Of a stretch of 64,000 nucleotides of DNA, positions 1-10,795 are shown in pieces (the stretch's first letter is position 1; the number at the start of each line of letters is the position of its first letter). The DNA comes from Macrostomum lignano. Taxonomy: Eukaryota. The notes below the pieces were generated by a model. It saw nothing but the letters and a program-made list of their open reading frames with translations. It had not been told where the DNA came from and made no database searches. The position numbers and the translations under genes were made by a program. The stretch lies in NCBI GenBank assembly GCA_002269645.1, contig NIVC01000434.1:62001-126000 (forward strand). The letters are read 5' to 3'.

Positions 1-99
1 TTGATTGCATAAATGTGTCTAAATTTGGCTTGGCTTCCTTTCTATTAAACAGGCCCTTCCTGTTCCGTGTAAATCGTATAAGTATTCGGAGGGCAGCAG

Positions 100-450
100 A
101 CACCCTGGCGCAACGCCTACGGTGATATCGTCCTGCAACAAGTGGTGAGGCAATTCTACCCAGTCCGCTGATTCCTGAGCACATACTGTACGCAGGCACG
201 CACTCATACACACGCTCACACAGGGTGTACAGCAGCCCTTTGAGTTTCTGATTGTCAGGCATGTACAAGTCAGGGTGTGAATCGCAGGACAACTCCATTG
301 GTCAAATTTCGTGCACACAAGCCGTAAATAAATGTGGCCACACACGGGATCGAACCAGGTGTCTGTGAGCGAGCGTCGGACCAAGGACAACTGTATATAG
401 CTATATACAGTGGTCCTTGCGTCGGACGCGTTTACCGACTGCTGGTCCCC
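100..450 (-). mobile_element. tRNA-derived SINE-like element in the 3' flank of the ankyrin gene, interrupted by a 38-bp insertion
   Basis: With the insertion (382-419) and one TSD copy removed, the minus strand reads GGGGACCAGCAGTCGGTAAACGCGTCCGACG...GGTTCGATCCC. This gives an A-box-like segment and a B box (346-356). The body at ~209-267 is similar to 9151-9210 and 36674-36736. The 3' boundary is approximate. Confidence 0.5.
382..419. mobile_element. 38-bp palindromic DNA-transposon remnant (CAAGGAC termini) with 8-bp TSD
   Basis: CAAGGACAACTGTATATAG|CTATATACAGTGGTCCTTG is a 19+19 inverted repeat with one mismatch. It is flanked by identical CGTCGGAC at 374-381 and 420-427. Confidence 0.85.
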
Positions 451-479
451 TCTTTTCCTGGTTCTGAGATTTCGGTAAC

Positions 480-2387
480 TCACCGATGAACTGGCGGCAG
501 GATGCTTCTTTTCATTGCTATAAATCTCTTGAACTCTTCAACGAAAACTTCAGAACCAGTTAGGCCTGACAAGTCGTTTAGGTCGCTTGAGTGCAACAAT
601 TGCGACTCAGACAGGAAGGCGAGAACCTCAATCTGGCCCCTGTAGCACGCAAAAGCGAAGCACTTCAACTCGTCGAGGAGCATCCTGTTCCAATGTTGAC
701 GCGTCCTACGGCGTGGATTTCTGCACGATCGAAGATAGTTCAGAACTCGAATGCACCCGTTTTGAGCAGCAAGCCACAGTGGTGACATGCCCACAGGGTC
801 CAGGACATCAACGTTAACTCCGGCATCCAGCAGTTTGATTGCGGCTTCTTCCTGACGCATGTCGATAGCTAACACAAGCCAGCTGGTACCGGATGCGCTG
901 ACGCGGTTCAGATCCGATCCGGCTTCAATCAGGGCGCCAATCACGCCAATATTTCCGGACCGCACCGCTATGCCTAGTGGAGTCAGATGGCCTTCGCCGA
1001 CTATGTTGAAATTCGCGCCGGCTTTGAGCAGCTGCAACGCTACCGCCAAGTGACCCTCGCGCGAGGCGATCCACAATGGGCTGCAACCGAAGCAATTGCA
1101 GTCGTCAGTTCGGGCTCCAGCCTTCAGAAGCAACTCGACTACGCGAGTGTGACCACCCTCGGAGGCGAAATAGAGTGCCGAGCAGCCCTCGAACCCAGAC
1201 TGATTCACATTCGCTCCAGACTTTAGCAGCTCACGAACACACTCAGCGTGACCTTCGAGTGAAGCGGATGTCAGTGGACTGTTGCCAATCGTGCTGAGCA
1301 CTTCCACTTTAGCTCTGTACTTCAGCAGCAGACGCGTGACCTTCAGATGTCCATTAGACACTGCAGCGTGTAATGGCGAACTGCCCATGTTATCGCAGCG
1401 ATCAACAGTGGCACCAGCCCTGAGTAGACGCAACACGGTGCTGACGTGTCCGTGATCTGCCGCCGTCCATAGAGGGGAAGCATCGGTGCAGTCTGCAAGT
1501 TCAATGTCCGCCCCAGCTCGAATGAGCTCGTCAACGACCTTGACGTGACCATTCTGGGCGGCGATCCACAGTGACGTGCTGCCGTCATTCATTGGAAGAT
1601 TCAGCAGAGCGACGCTGCACATTTCCGTTGAAAGCAGAAGCCGGACAAAGGACGCGTAACCGTTCTGGGCCGCAATATACAGAGGCGTGTAGCCATCTTC
1701 AGCTTGCTGGCTGATGTCAGCGCCAGCATTGATTAGCAGCGTCGCCACCTTCACGTGACCGTACTGCGCGGCAATGTGCATCGGCGACCAGCCCCTGTTC
1801 TCCGGTAGGTCGCAGTCCGCACCAGCGGCCAGCAACGCGGCTACTGTTGCCGTTCGACGGTTCTGAACCGCCACGTAGAGCGGCGTGGCGCCGAACTCTT
1901 GGCGCGGATTCAGCAGAGCTCCGGCGGAGATCAGCCGCTTGACAACGCGGACGTGACCGCGCCAAGCGGCTGCGCACAGCGGCGTCCAGCCGTTGCGCTG
2001 TCGCTTGTTCAGTCGGGCACCAGTTCGAATCAGGCGGTCCACTTCTGATGGCGAGGTAAAATATGCTGCAGTCTATAAAAGCTATTCACATTCAGTCTCT
2101 GCACTTTGCATCTTTTGCACTAGAGGCTTTAGCACCAGGGGCTTTAGCACCAGGGGCTTTAGCACCAGGGGCTTTAGCACCAGGGGCTTTAGCACCAGGG
2201 GCTTTAGCACCAGGGGCTTTAGCACCAGGGGCGCCAGCAATGGACCTAACCAAAACTGCCCCACAAGCAAGTGTCTCCAGCAACAAGCCGACTCACCCTG
2301 CAGGTCGCCTCTGTCAGCTGCCAGCCACAGAGCTGACCGGCCATCCGGCAGAACTTTTCGATCCGAGCTTCGATTCGTCTCATGCAT
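480..2387 (-). CDS. Ankyrin-repeat protein, 2 exons: join(2387..2297, 2044..480), 551 aa, ~14 ankyrin repeats
   Basis: The 520-aa ORF has 13 clear TPLxxAAxxGHxxVVxxLLxAGA-type repeats. An upstream ATG exon (2387-2297) ends at CAGG|GTGAGT in phase 1 and joins the acceptor CATCAG|AA at 2044. The join restores a canonical repeat, DGRSALWLAADRGDLQ-E-VDRLIRTGARLN. Confidence 0.9.
2123..2232. repeat. 15-bp tandem repeat (GGCTTTAGCACCAGG, ~7 copies) inside the ankyrin gene intron
   Basis: Directly visible; lies within intron 2045-2296. Confidence 0.95.
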
Positions 2388-2819
2388 AAATAGCGTGTGG
2401 CATTAGCTCACTTAAGCATGCAAAATTACATGATTTGCAGTGCTTTTTACGAGCGTAAATTAAAAACACTGGCCCTAGCATATCATTACAAGTTAGAGAG
2501 CTAAATTTTTTCTTTCTTCAGAGCGTCAGCGTGTACACTTCAAATATGCACATTAAGAGCAGTGTACACGCCTAATGTTCAGCATGATTGCTTGCGTACT
2601 TTTCTTGTCAGTGAATAGTACGCAACTTCATGCCCAAACCACCCTACTTATTTTAGTAGAGTAGAGTGGTGAGTTGGTAAGTAAGTGTACTCTTAAGAAT
2701 CTGTTATTTGCGTTATTAAACAGCTATAGAAATAAAAAAACAATTAGAAAATCTATATAAGATGCGTGCCGACACGATTATAAGGTAAGGTAATAAATAG
2801 AATATGAGATTTGACGCGA

Positions 2820-3560
2820 TGAGATTCAGACAGACTGAGATTAGACAGAATAAGGATAGAAAAGATGAGATTAGACAAGATATGATCAGACAGGATGATT
2901 TCAGACAGGATGACACTAGACAGGATGGGAATAGTAAGGATGAGAATAGACAGGATGAGACTAGACAGAATGAGAATAGACAGGATGAGACTAGACAGAA
3001 TGAGAATAGACAGAATGAGACTAGACAGGATGAGACTAGACAGAATGAGAATAGACAGGATGAGACTAGACAGAATGAGAATAGACAGGATGAGACTAGA
3101 CAGAATGAGAATAGACAGGATGAGACTAGACAGAATGAGAATAGACAGGATGAGACTAGACAGGATGAGACTAGACAGAATGAGACTAGACAGAATGAGA
3201 CTAGACAGAATGAAATTAGACAGGATGAGACTAGACAGAATGAGAATAGACAGGATGAGACTAGACAGAATGAGACTAGACAGAATGAGAATAGACAGGA
3301 TGAGACTAGACAGAATGAGACTAGACAGAATGAAATTAGACAGGATGAGACTAGACAGGATGAGACTAGACAGGATGAGACTAGACAGAATGAGACTAGA
3401 CAGAATGAAATTAGACAGGATGAGACTAGACAGAATGAGAATAGACAGGATGAGACTAGACAGAATGAGACTAGACAGAATGAAATTAGACAGGTAGAGA
3501 TTAACAGGATGGGATATGATTAGGCAGGATGAGATTAGACAGAATGAGATTAGATGGCAG
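2820..3560. repeat. 15-bp minisatellite (GACAG[A/G]ATGAGA[C/A]TA)
   Basis: Directly visible; the core at 2940-3500 is highly regular. Confidence 0.95.
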
Positions 3561-4014
3561 TGAGTATTGTTTAGTTATGATGCGTTTAATTTAAAGGAAC
3601 TGGCACAAAAGTAAAATGATACAAGTTGCAGTACAACATAATCTATCTTCTATCGACATAATCCTGAATTCAATAATGCACACACTTGCAGTGCTTGCCA
3701 AAAATATTCAACAGATTCATACCTCGAAGGCCATAGAAACAAGAACGATATGAAACTGGAATTCACACTTATGGCATACTTTCAACAGAATAGTTCAGTC
3801 TAACAAAAAAGTTCAGAGTAAAACTTACTGCCAATGTCATTTTACATGCATGAAAAATTGGACTGCACTGGATTTAACTGGACTGCAGGCCTTGGGGGTG
3901 GCTTTCATTAAAAATTTATATTCTTCATCCCCTAGGCAGGGCAGGGGAATTGAGCTGAGAAGGCTATAGATAGAAATAGATAGATTTCTATCTATTAGGT
4001 TAGGTTAGATATAT

Positions 4015-4093
4015 TAGGTTAGATAGATAGACAAATAGATAGATGGTTAGATAGATAGATAAATAGATAGATGGTTAGATAGATAGATAGATG

Positions 4094-4140
<47 letters not shown>

Positions 4141-4143
4141 GGT

Positions 4144-4209
<66 letters not shown>

Positions 4210-4235
4210 TAGATAGATAGATAGATAGATAGATG

Positions 4236-4274
<39 letters not shown>

Positions 4275-4285
4275 GGATAGATAGA
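4015..4285. repeat. (GATA)n microsatellite
   Basis: Directly visible. Confidence 0.98.
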
Positions 4286-6254
4286 GATTCTACTCTATCT
4301 AGATATTCACAGAAAGGTGAAACATCCGGTCGTTGAGATGCGCGGGGGCACTCCAAGGACAGCCAGTTGCGATCTCCAGCGCCTGGTAAAAAGCTGTAGG
4401 ATTGGGATGTGTTTTTCTGGGGGTGGCGGACGCCAGGCCCCCGGTGGGATAAGTGATCACGTGAGCTGCATTTCCGTTGTCACGTGGTCCAGGCGAGCGG
4501 TTAGCGCAGGAAAGGGGAAAGGGGCGGGCCGGAGGAGGAAGAGGAGGAGGAGGGGAGGAGGTGAGAATTGAGAAATCTGGTTTTTGGCCCGCATGGTGGG
4601 AGGGAGAGATTAAGAGAGGGAAGGAGGCCTGAAATTTGAAACGCCAGCCCCACCAACGCGATGCAAATATGTCCCGATGAGATCAGTGAGCTTGTACATG
4701 CACGAGTCGCTCCCATGGCAGTCAGAGAGGATTTCAAAGGTCTATATTCAGCTTATATGACTAGCTATAGCGCAGAAATGATAACCATCTATGGATAATT
4801 CGCACTCGACATTTTGTTAGAGAGAGGAGGCGTTCTGCTCTGGTGCAGTGGATTGTTCGGCATCATTGAAGATTGTACGAGTACAGAGTCTCTTCAGCAT
4901 TGATTTACTTTTGTCAGTGCAATAGCAAAGAATCCCCATTCGCTGCAACAGCAGCCACTAGAGAGATGACGCACGGCTTTTGAGTGCAGCTACGACCCAG
5001 ACACGAGTGCACAAAGCGCATGATATTTTTATACTGAACAGCAATGTGTCAAGGAAAACTTCAGGAAAATTGTCATTATTTCAGTCTATTTGAATTCGCG
5101 CGGCCATTATTTCAGGCTAGCGGGAGGGGTCAGCCTAACTGAAGGAAAAGGGTTGATTTGACCATAGACTATAACAAATATTAACCGTTTAAGATTGTTA
5201 TTGCTCTATCACTGTGTGCGTAAGATACAATGGAGGGTTGTCTGGAAGTGAGAATTCCCGAGTGGCTATCGCCGCTCGTGTCTATGGCCATTACCATGTT
5301 TTCTCACTTCCAGCTAACTTCATTGGTAAATTTATCCACCAGGATCCGAGTGAGGAGGAATGGGGGTGTGGGGGCTAAGCCCCCACTTACAACAACAGAC
5401 TATTTTATTTTACGCTCAGACTCGTTCTTTATTCTAAAATGATATCCCGGTAAATTGCTTTATTGTCAATTTTAAACAATGACCGGTCATTACTTGAATG
5501 TTATTGCCTTAACGTAAATTTCAATTGACAATTTAGAACTGATATCATTTTAGAAAGTGCTTTAACGTCTATGGTAAAAACCAAGTGGGTTGGTCACTTG
5601 TTGGCTATACCATTCGGCAATACCATAGCACTGTCATCCCGCCAATCTATTGACTCCTGAGAACGCGTCGAGCTAAATGGATTTTCGCCATAGACAAAAT
5701 CGATCAAGAAAAGTCCAATTTCTCTAGTTGAGCATACTGCATACAAAAATTAAGTTTAATCTGTCTTGGTTGTAAACAATTTTAGTCGAATAAAAAATCC
5801 CAATTGAAAATTGTCAATCACTATGATTGAAAGTGCAATAATTGATCTCAGATTATTGTCAGACCATGTCAACTTCCCTTATATTACGTGCCTGTCATAT
5901 ACAGCAGCTTTACTAAGGGGCTTATTAAGACTCAAGCCCTTCCATATAAGGATACGTGGGCAGGTAAACCACCCGCAGTCCCTATAGTAGACTCTCGGTC
6001 GGGGATTAACTCCAGCAACTTGACACGAATGTTTTGATTATCGTTAGCAGCAGCTTCTACAGGCGTAGCATTCGCATGGGGTCCGCTTACGAACAGTTTG
6101 TTGACATTTACGGAGGTAGGAGACAGACGGGACTGTCTTTTTAGCTGGAGATAAAATGCAGCTGCTTGTGCGCTGCCAGCACTATGGAAATGCGAACTGC
6201 AGCCATGCAGAAACAGCACTAGCGCCCCTGCCTCCCACTGACTCCCACAGTGGC

Positions 6255-6600
<346 letters not shown>

Positions 6601-6751
6601 ATTTATTTATCTAACTGTCGAGAAAATAATAAGAGTAAACACACTACATTTAAATTAGATGTTCAATTGAATAAGATAAGGAGCCAGTAAGTGGGCACAC
6701 GGCCCAAACCGATATATTTATGACATTAACTTTAGGGGTGCAAGATAAGAC

Positions 6752-6785
6752 CAAGGACGACTTAAGTAGACTTAAGTCGTCCTTG
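6752..6785. mobile_element. 34-bp palindromic DNA-transposon remnant (CAAGGAC termini) with 8-bp TSD
   Basis: CAAGGACGACTTAAGTA|GACTTAAGTCGTCCTTG is 17+17, with 16 bp perfectly complementary. It is flanked by identical GATAAGAC at 6744-6751 and 6786-6793. Confidence 0.88.
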
Positions 6786-6970
6786 GATAAGACAAGGGGG
6801 GTGGAGGCGCGACTGAGGAAAGAGGCGAGAACGGAGAGCCAATCAGAACGCAGCAAGGGAGAGAGAGATAAGAATAACAAGATTGAGCTAGACACAGAGA
6901 GAGAGAGAGAAAACAGAGTAAACAGAGACAAGTGAAGGTGAACTAAGAAATGACTAGGAAAGTCGCGACA

Positions 6971-7012
6971 CTATCTATCTAATCTATCTTATCTATCTAT
7001 CTATCTATCTAC

Positions 7013-7073
<61 letters not shown>

Positions 7074-7075
7074 GA
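6971..7075. repeat. (TATC)n microsatellite
   Basis: Directly visible. Confidence 0.95.
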
Positions 7076-7954
7076 TATATACTCCTGCCTATAATATCCT
7101 ACGCCAACTGTAATTACTTCCATAAATAAAAAATAAACTTTCCAGCGAAGCGTTTCCATATCCTCGCTAGAGAAAACAAAGAATAACTAAAAAAGCCTTT
7201 ATTGCCACCATGCCACTCTGATCGACACAGGACCAGAAACAGCTAAAATAGCCCAGCCACGGTGGAATTACGAGCGAGTAACTGAGCGATAATAACAACA
7301 GCGAGGCAGCTGAGCCCAATTTTAGCGGATTCAAAAGCGCCCACTTCGGCTACCAATATTCAAAGGCATGCATGTGCTGCACTCGTCAAAGTTAGCTCCT
7401 ACACAAATAGGCTTCTGGTGTCTATTCTTAGCTACAGGAGTTGCAGCGCACAAGAGACGCAGACAGACTGGCAGCCGAAAATTTATTTTCCACTTTCTTC
7501 TCCTCTACGCCGTTTTGCTCTTTTAGCAAGAGGCGGCGGCCACACCCCCCGGGGATCTCGATGAGAGAGAGGGGAGGAACAGGGGAAAGGAGAAAAGTGG
7601 AATTAAGCAAGGATTGGAAGGCTGGGAAGGAACGGATCCAGTAGAGTGCTGGAGCATAGCTGTAGAGCACACGCTTAAGAAGTTCTGAGTCTTCCTTTGC
7701 TTGATGAGGCTCGGTCGAGATGCGGCTATTTTTAGACACATCCTTTCTGTGACCCGACTGAAATAAGACTAAGCTACTGAGCTGGTTGATCAGAAAGCTC
7801 AGAAAGGAAAGAACCGTTAGAAGAAAATGCACCTAATGAACTCGCCTCTGTGTGTACTTTTGTGCAATTTAGAAGCTTTGTAGTCCCCCGCTCTTGTAAA
7901 GTGAATTCTTTAGATTGACCCGTTGTTGAAGTACATGTACTGCAAGTTCAATTT

Positions 7955-8838
7955 TATCTACGGTGCTGAAGCTAACTGATCTGCAGGCATTTGTAATTCC
8001 TCTCTTATCTCATCTACGGTGCTGAAGCTAATTGGTCTGCAGGCATTGTAATTCCTCTCTTATCTCATCTACGGTGCTGAAGCTAATTGGTCTGCAGCCA
8101 TTGTAAATCCACTCTTCTCTTATCTACGGTGCTGAAGCTAATTGGTCTGCAGCCATTGTAATTCCACTCTTCTCTCATCTACGGTGCTGAAGCTAATTGG
8201 TCTGCAGGCATTGTAATTCCTCTCTTATCTCATCTACGGTGCTGAAGCTAATTGGTCTGCAGCCATTGTAATTCCACTCTTCTCTTATCTACGGTGCTGA
8301 AGCTAATTGGTCTGCAGCCATTGTAATTCCACTCTTCTCTCATCTACGGTGCTGAAGCTAATTGGTCTGCAGCCATTGTAATTCTACTCTTATCTCATCT
8401 ACGGTGCTGAAGCTAATTGGTCTGCAGCCATTGTAATTCCACTCTTCTCTCATCTACGGTGCTGAAGCTAATTGATCTGCAGCCATTGTAATTCCTCTCT
8501 TATCTCATCTACGGTGCTGAAGCTAATTGATCTGCAGCCATTGTAATTCCACTCTTCTCTCATCTACGGTGCTGAAGCTAATTGGTCTGCAGCCATTGTA
8601 ATTCCACTCTTCTCTCATCTACGGTGCTGAAGCTAATTGGTCTGCAGCCATTGTAATTCCTCTCTTATCTCATCTACGGTGCTGAAGCTAATTGGTCTGC
8701 AGCCATTGCAATTCCACTCTTCTCTTATCTACGGTGCTGAAGCTAATTGGTCTGCAGCCATTGTAATTCCACTCTTCTCTTATCTACGGTGCTGAAGCTA
8801 ATTGGTCTGCAGCCATTGTAATGCCCCTCTTCTCTTAT
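7955..8838. repeat. 55-bp tandem satellite, ~16 copies
   Basis: Unit CATCTACGGTGCTGAAGCTAATTGGTCTGCAGCCATTGTAATTCCACTCTTCTCT; the 55-bp period was measured at 8011/8066/8121/8176. Confidence 0.95.
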
Positions 8839-9403
8839 CAATAATTATTATCGGCATATAGAAATCAGTAAAAAGCGTTTACGTTCAGAATTTCAAAATG
8901 GCTAAAATTTAGTCGCTTACAAAAAGTAGAATTTATTCAATTTTATTAATTTTATTTGGCATATCTTTATTAATTTTTCAATCGAGGCAAAAATCGCATA
9001 ATCAAAGAAAACACATTTCAAGCGAGAAAAAAATCAATCAGGCACATTATCGCAAAGAAACCACGATGAAGATAAAAAAATTTAAAAGTATCAATTCTTG
9101 AAATAATGCTAGATAAGAAAATTCAAACTCTATGGTCGAAACTCAAACAGTGTACATGCCTGATGATTAGAAAGTCAGGAGAACCGATGTACACCCTGTG
9201 TGAGCATGTGCAGAATTGCTATCAGCGTTGCTTGTGGGACGACCCCGCCGAAGGGGCATTGCTTTAGGGTGCCCCGCAGGCCATCAGCGAATATTTATGT
9301 TTCAAAAGCTCCAATGATCAAACTGATTACATACCCAGTACAGGTTTGGACAATAGACTAAAATATGGTTCATGGACTAAGCCTGAAGTTTCCAATCTAG
9401 AAT

Positions 9404-9938
9404 CAAGGACAACTCAAGTAGAAGGACGGGACACTACGTTTCTTAGAAAAAGTTAAGGAGGCTGGTTTTCGCCGAAAAATACACTACGGATATAGGAACT
9501 TTCACTTTTTTTCATATTAAAATTGCTATTGCTTTCGATAGGAGGCAGAACCAGTGTTCATCTTATTTATTATATGCATAGCTAGTATCTAAGATATAGC
9601 TACATAATTAAATATTTATTTTATATGAAAAGTATAAAACTAAAATGAACAAGCAGTGAATTGGGCACATAATTATAGCCAACTGTTTTTTTAATGATAT
9701 ATTGCTAATAAATAGATGCATTCGATTAAAAAGATATTGTAAAATTCAAGTTAGTCACTAGTTAGCTTTAAACTATAATTGCTGCATGATATAGCTAGTA
9801 ACTAAAATATTTAGTAACTAAAATCCTTTTTAAAGTGAAAAGTTCCTATCTCGCTAGTGCATTTTTTCGTGAAAATCAGCCTTTAATAAATTTTCCAAGA
9901 AACGAAATGTCCCGTCCTTCTTCTTCTAGTGGACCTTG
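9404..9938. mobile_element. MITE, ~535 bp, with ~105-bp imperfect TIRs and CAAGG termini
   Basis: 9404-9508 is an imperfect reverse complement of 9832-9938 (e.g. GAAGGACGGGACA...ATAGGAACTTT vs AAGTTCCTAT...TGTCCCGTCCTTC). The termini are CAAGGACAACT...AGTGGACCTTG. The 8-bp flanks match at only 5/8 (TCTAGAAT / GCAACAAT). The interior is AT-rich and non-coding. Confidence 0.75.
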
Positions 9939-10226
9939 GCAACAATATGTGTAACAGAGATGATAAAATAGATTTAGAAAACCAACGATTCGAGTTGTGC
10001 CATGCATTTCTATGATTTTTAGATACAGCAAATCTAACTTCTAAGTTAAACTTCTAAGCTAGGGCTGGCCATAGACTATTGCTGCCCCATGTTTACACAC
10101 TGCTCACCGTCATTTCAAAGACTTGGCTGTACATCATAATGTAGATTGGATAGCTACCAAGGTGCGGTCCAATAAATCAAAAAAACAGTCAACGAATGAA
10201 TTCAAAATCAGTAGCAAAATTGAAGA

Positions 10227-10795
10227 TCAAAGCTTAGACGAGCGCACCGAACTCGACGCAGCCACGTGCGGCGCCAGCTCCAGTTTGGCGACTGACCTTA
10301 GATGAACTTCGTCCGGTCCATCGGCCAGCCGCAGCACCCGAGACCAGGTGTACAGCACAGACAGAGGCAGGTCAAGCGACAGTCCGGCCCCGCCGTGAAT
10401 TTGAATAGACCTATCAATTATCTCCGTGGCAACTCGCGGGGTCATTACTTTAATTAGCGCAATCTCTTTCATGGCCTTTTTATTGCCAACGGTGTCCATC
10501 AGGTGGGCAGTTTTCAGCACTAGAAGGCGGGCAGCCTCCAGCTGGGCCCGGCTCCAAGCGATGCTCTGCTGAACACTGCCTTGAGCAGCTAGCGGCTTGC
10601 CGAACGCTACCCGGGACACTGCTCTCTGGCAAGCCAGCTCGATTGCTCTCTCGCAATGGCCGATCAGCCGCATGCAGTGATGCACCCGGCCGGGACCAAG
10701 CCGGCCCTGGGCGATTTCGAATCCGCGACCTTCGCCTAGAAGAACATTCTCGGCTGGTACAATGACATTGTCGAAACGGACTTCCGCGTGGCCAG
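10227..10795 (-). CDS. ACAD10: ACAD10 exon 9 (C-terminal ACAD domain and stop)
   Basis: Acceptor TTGCAG|CT; [10 protein letters not shown]...[10 protein letters not shown]...SSKL*. Confidence 0.95.

Noticed and set aside
19-483. 154-aa minus-strand ORF overlapping the ankyrin stop
   Set aside because: It overlies a SINE-like element and the 38-bp insertion and has no recognisable domain.
2063-2389. ALAPG-repeat ORF on the plus strand
   Set aside because: It is antisense to the ankyrin first exon and intron; the repeat peptide comes from the 15-bp intronic array.
2804-3523. 239-aa RQDET/RQNE repeat ORF
   Set aside because: Open only because the 15-bp unit lacks stops in that frame; no non-repetitive domain or splice support.
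5162-5695. Several CCATAGAC / GTCTATGG motifs resembling TIR ends
   Set aside because: No pairing gives a matching TSD or extended inverted repeat.
7955-8838. Regular 55-bp array (and the other 21-52-bp arrays) as CRISPR-like
   Set aside because: Units are contiguous with no unique spacers, the context is eukaryotic, and there are no cas genes.
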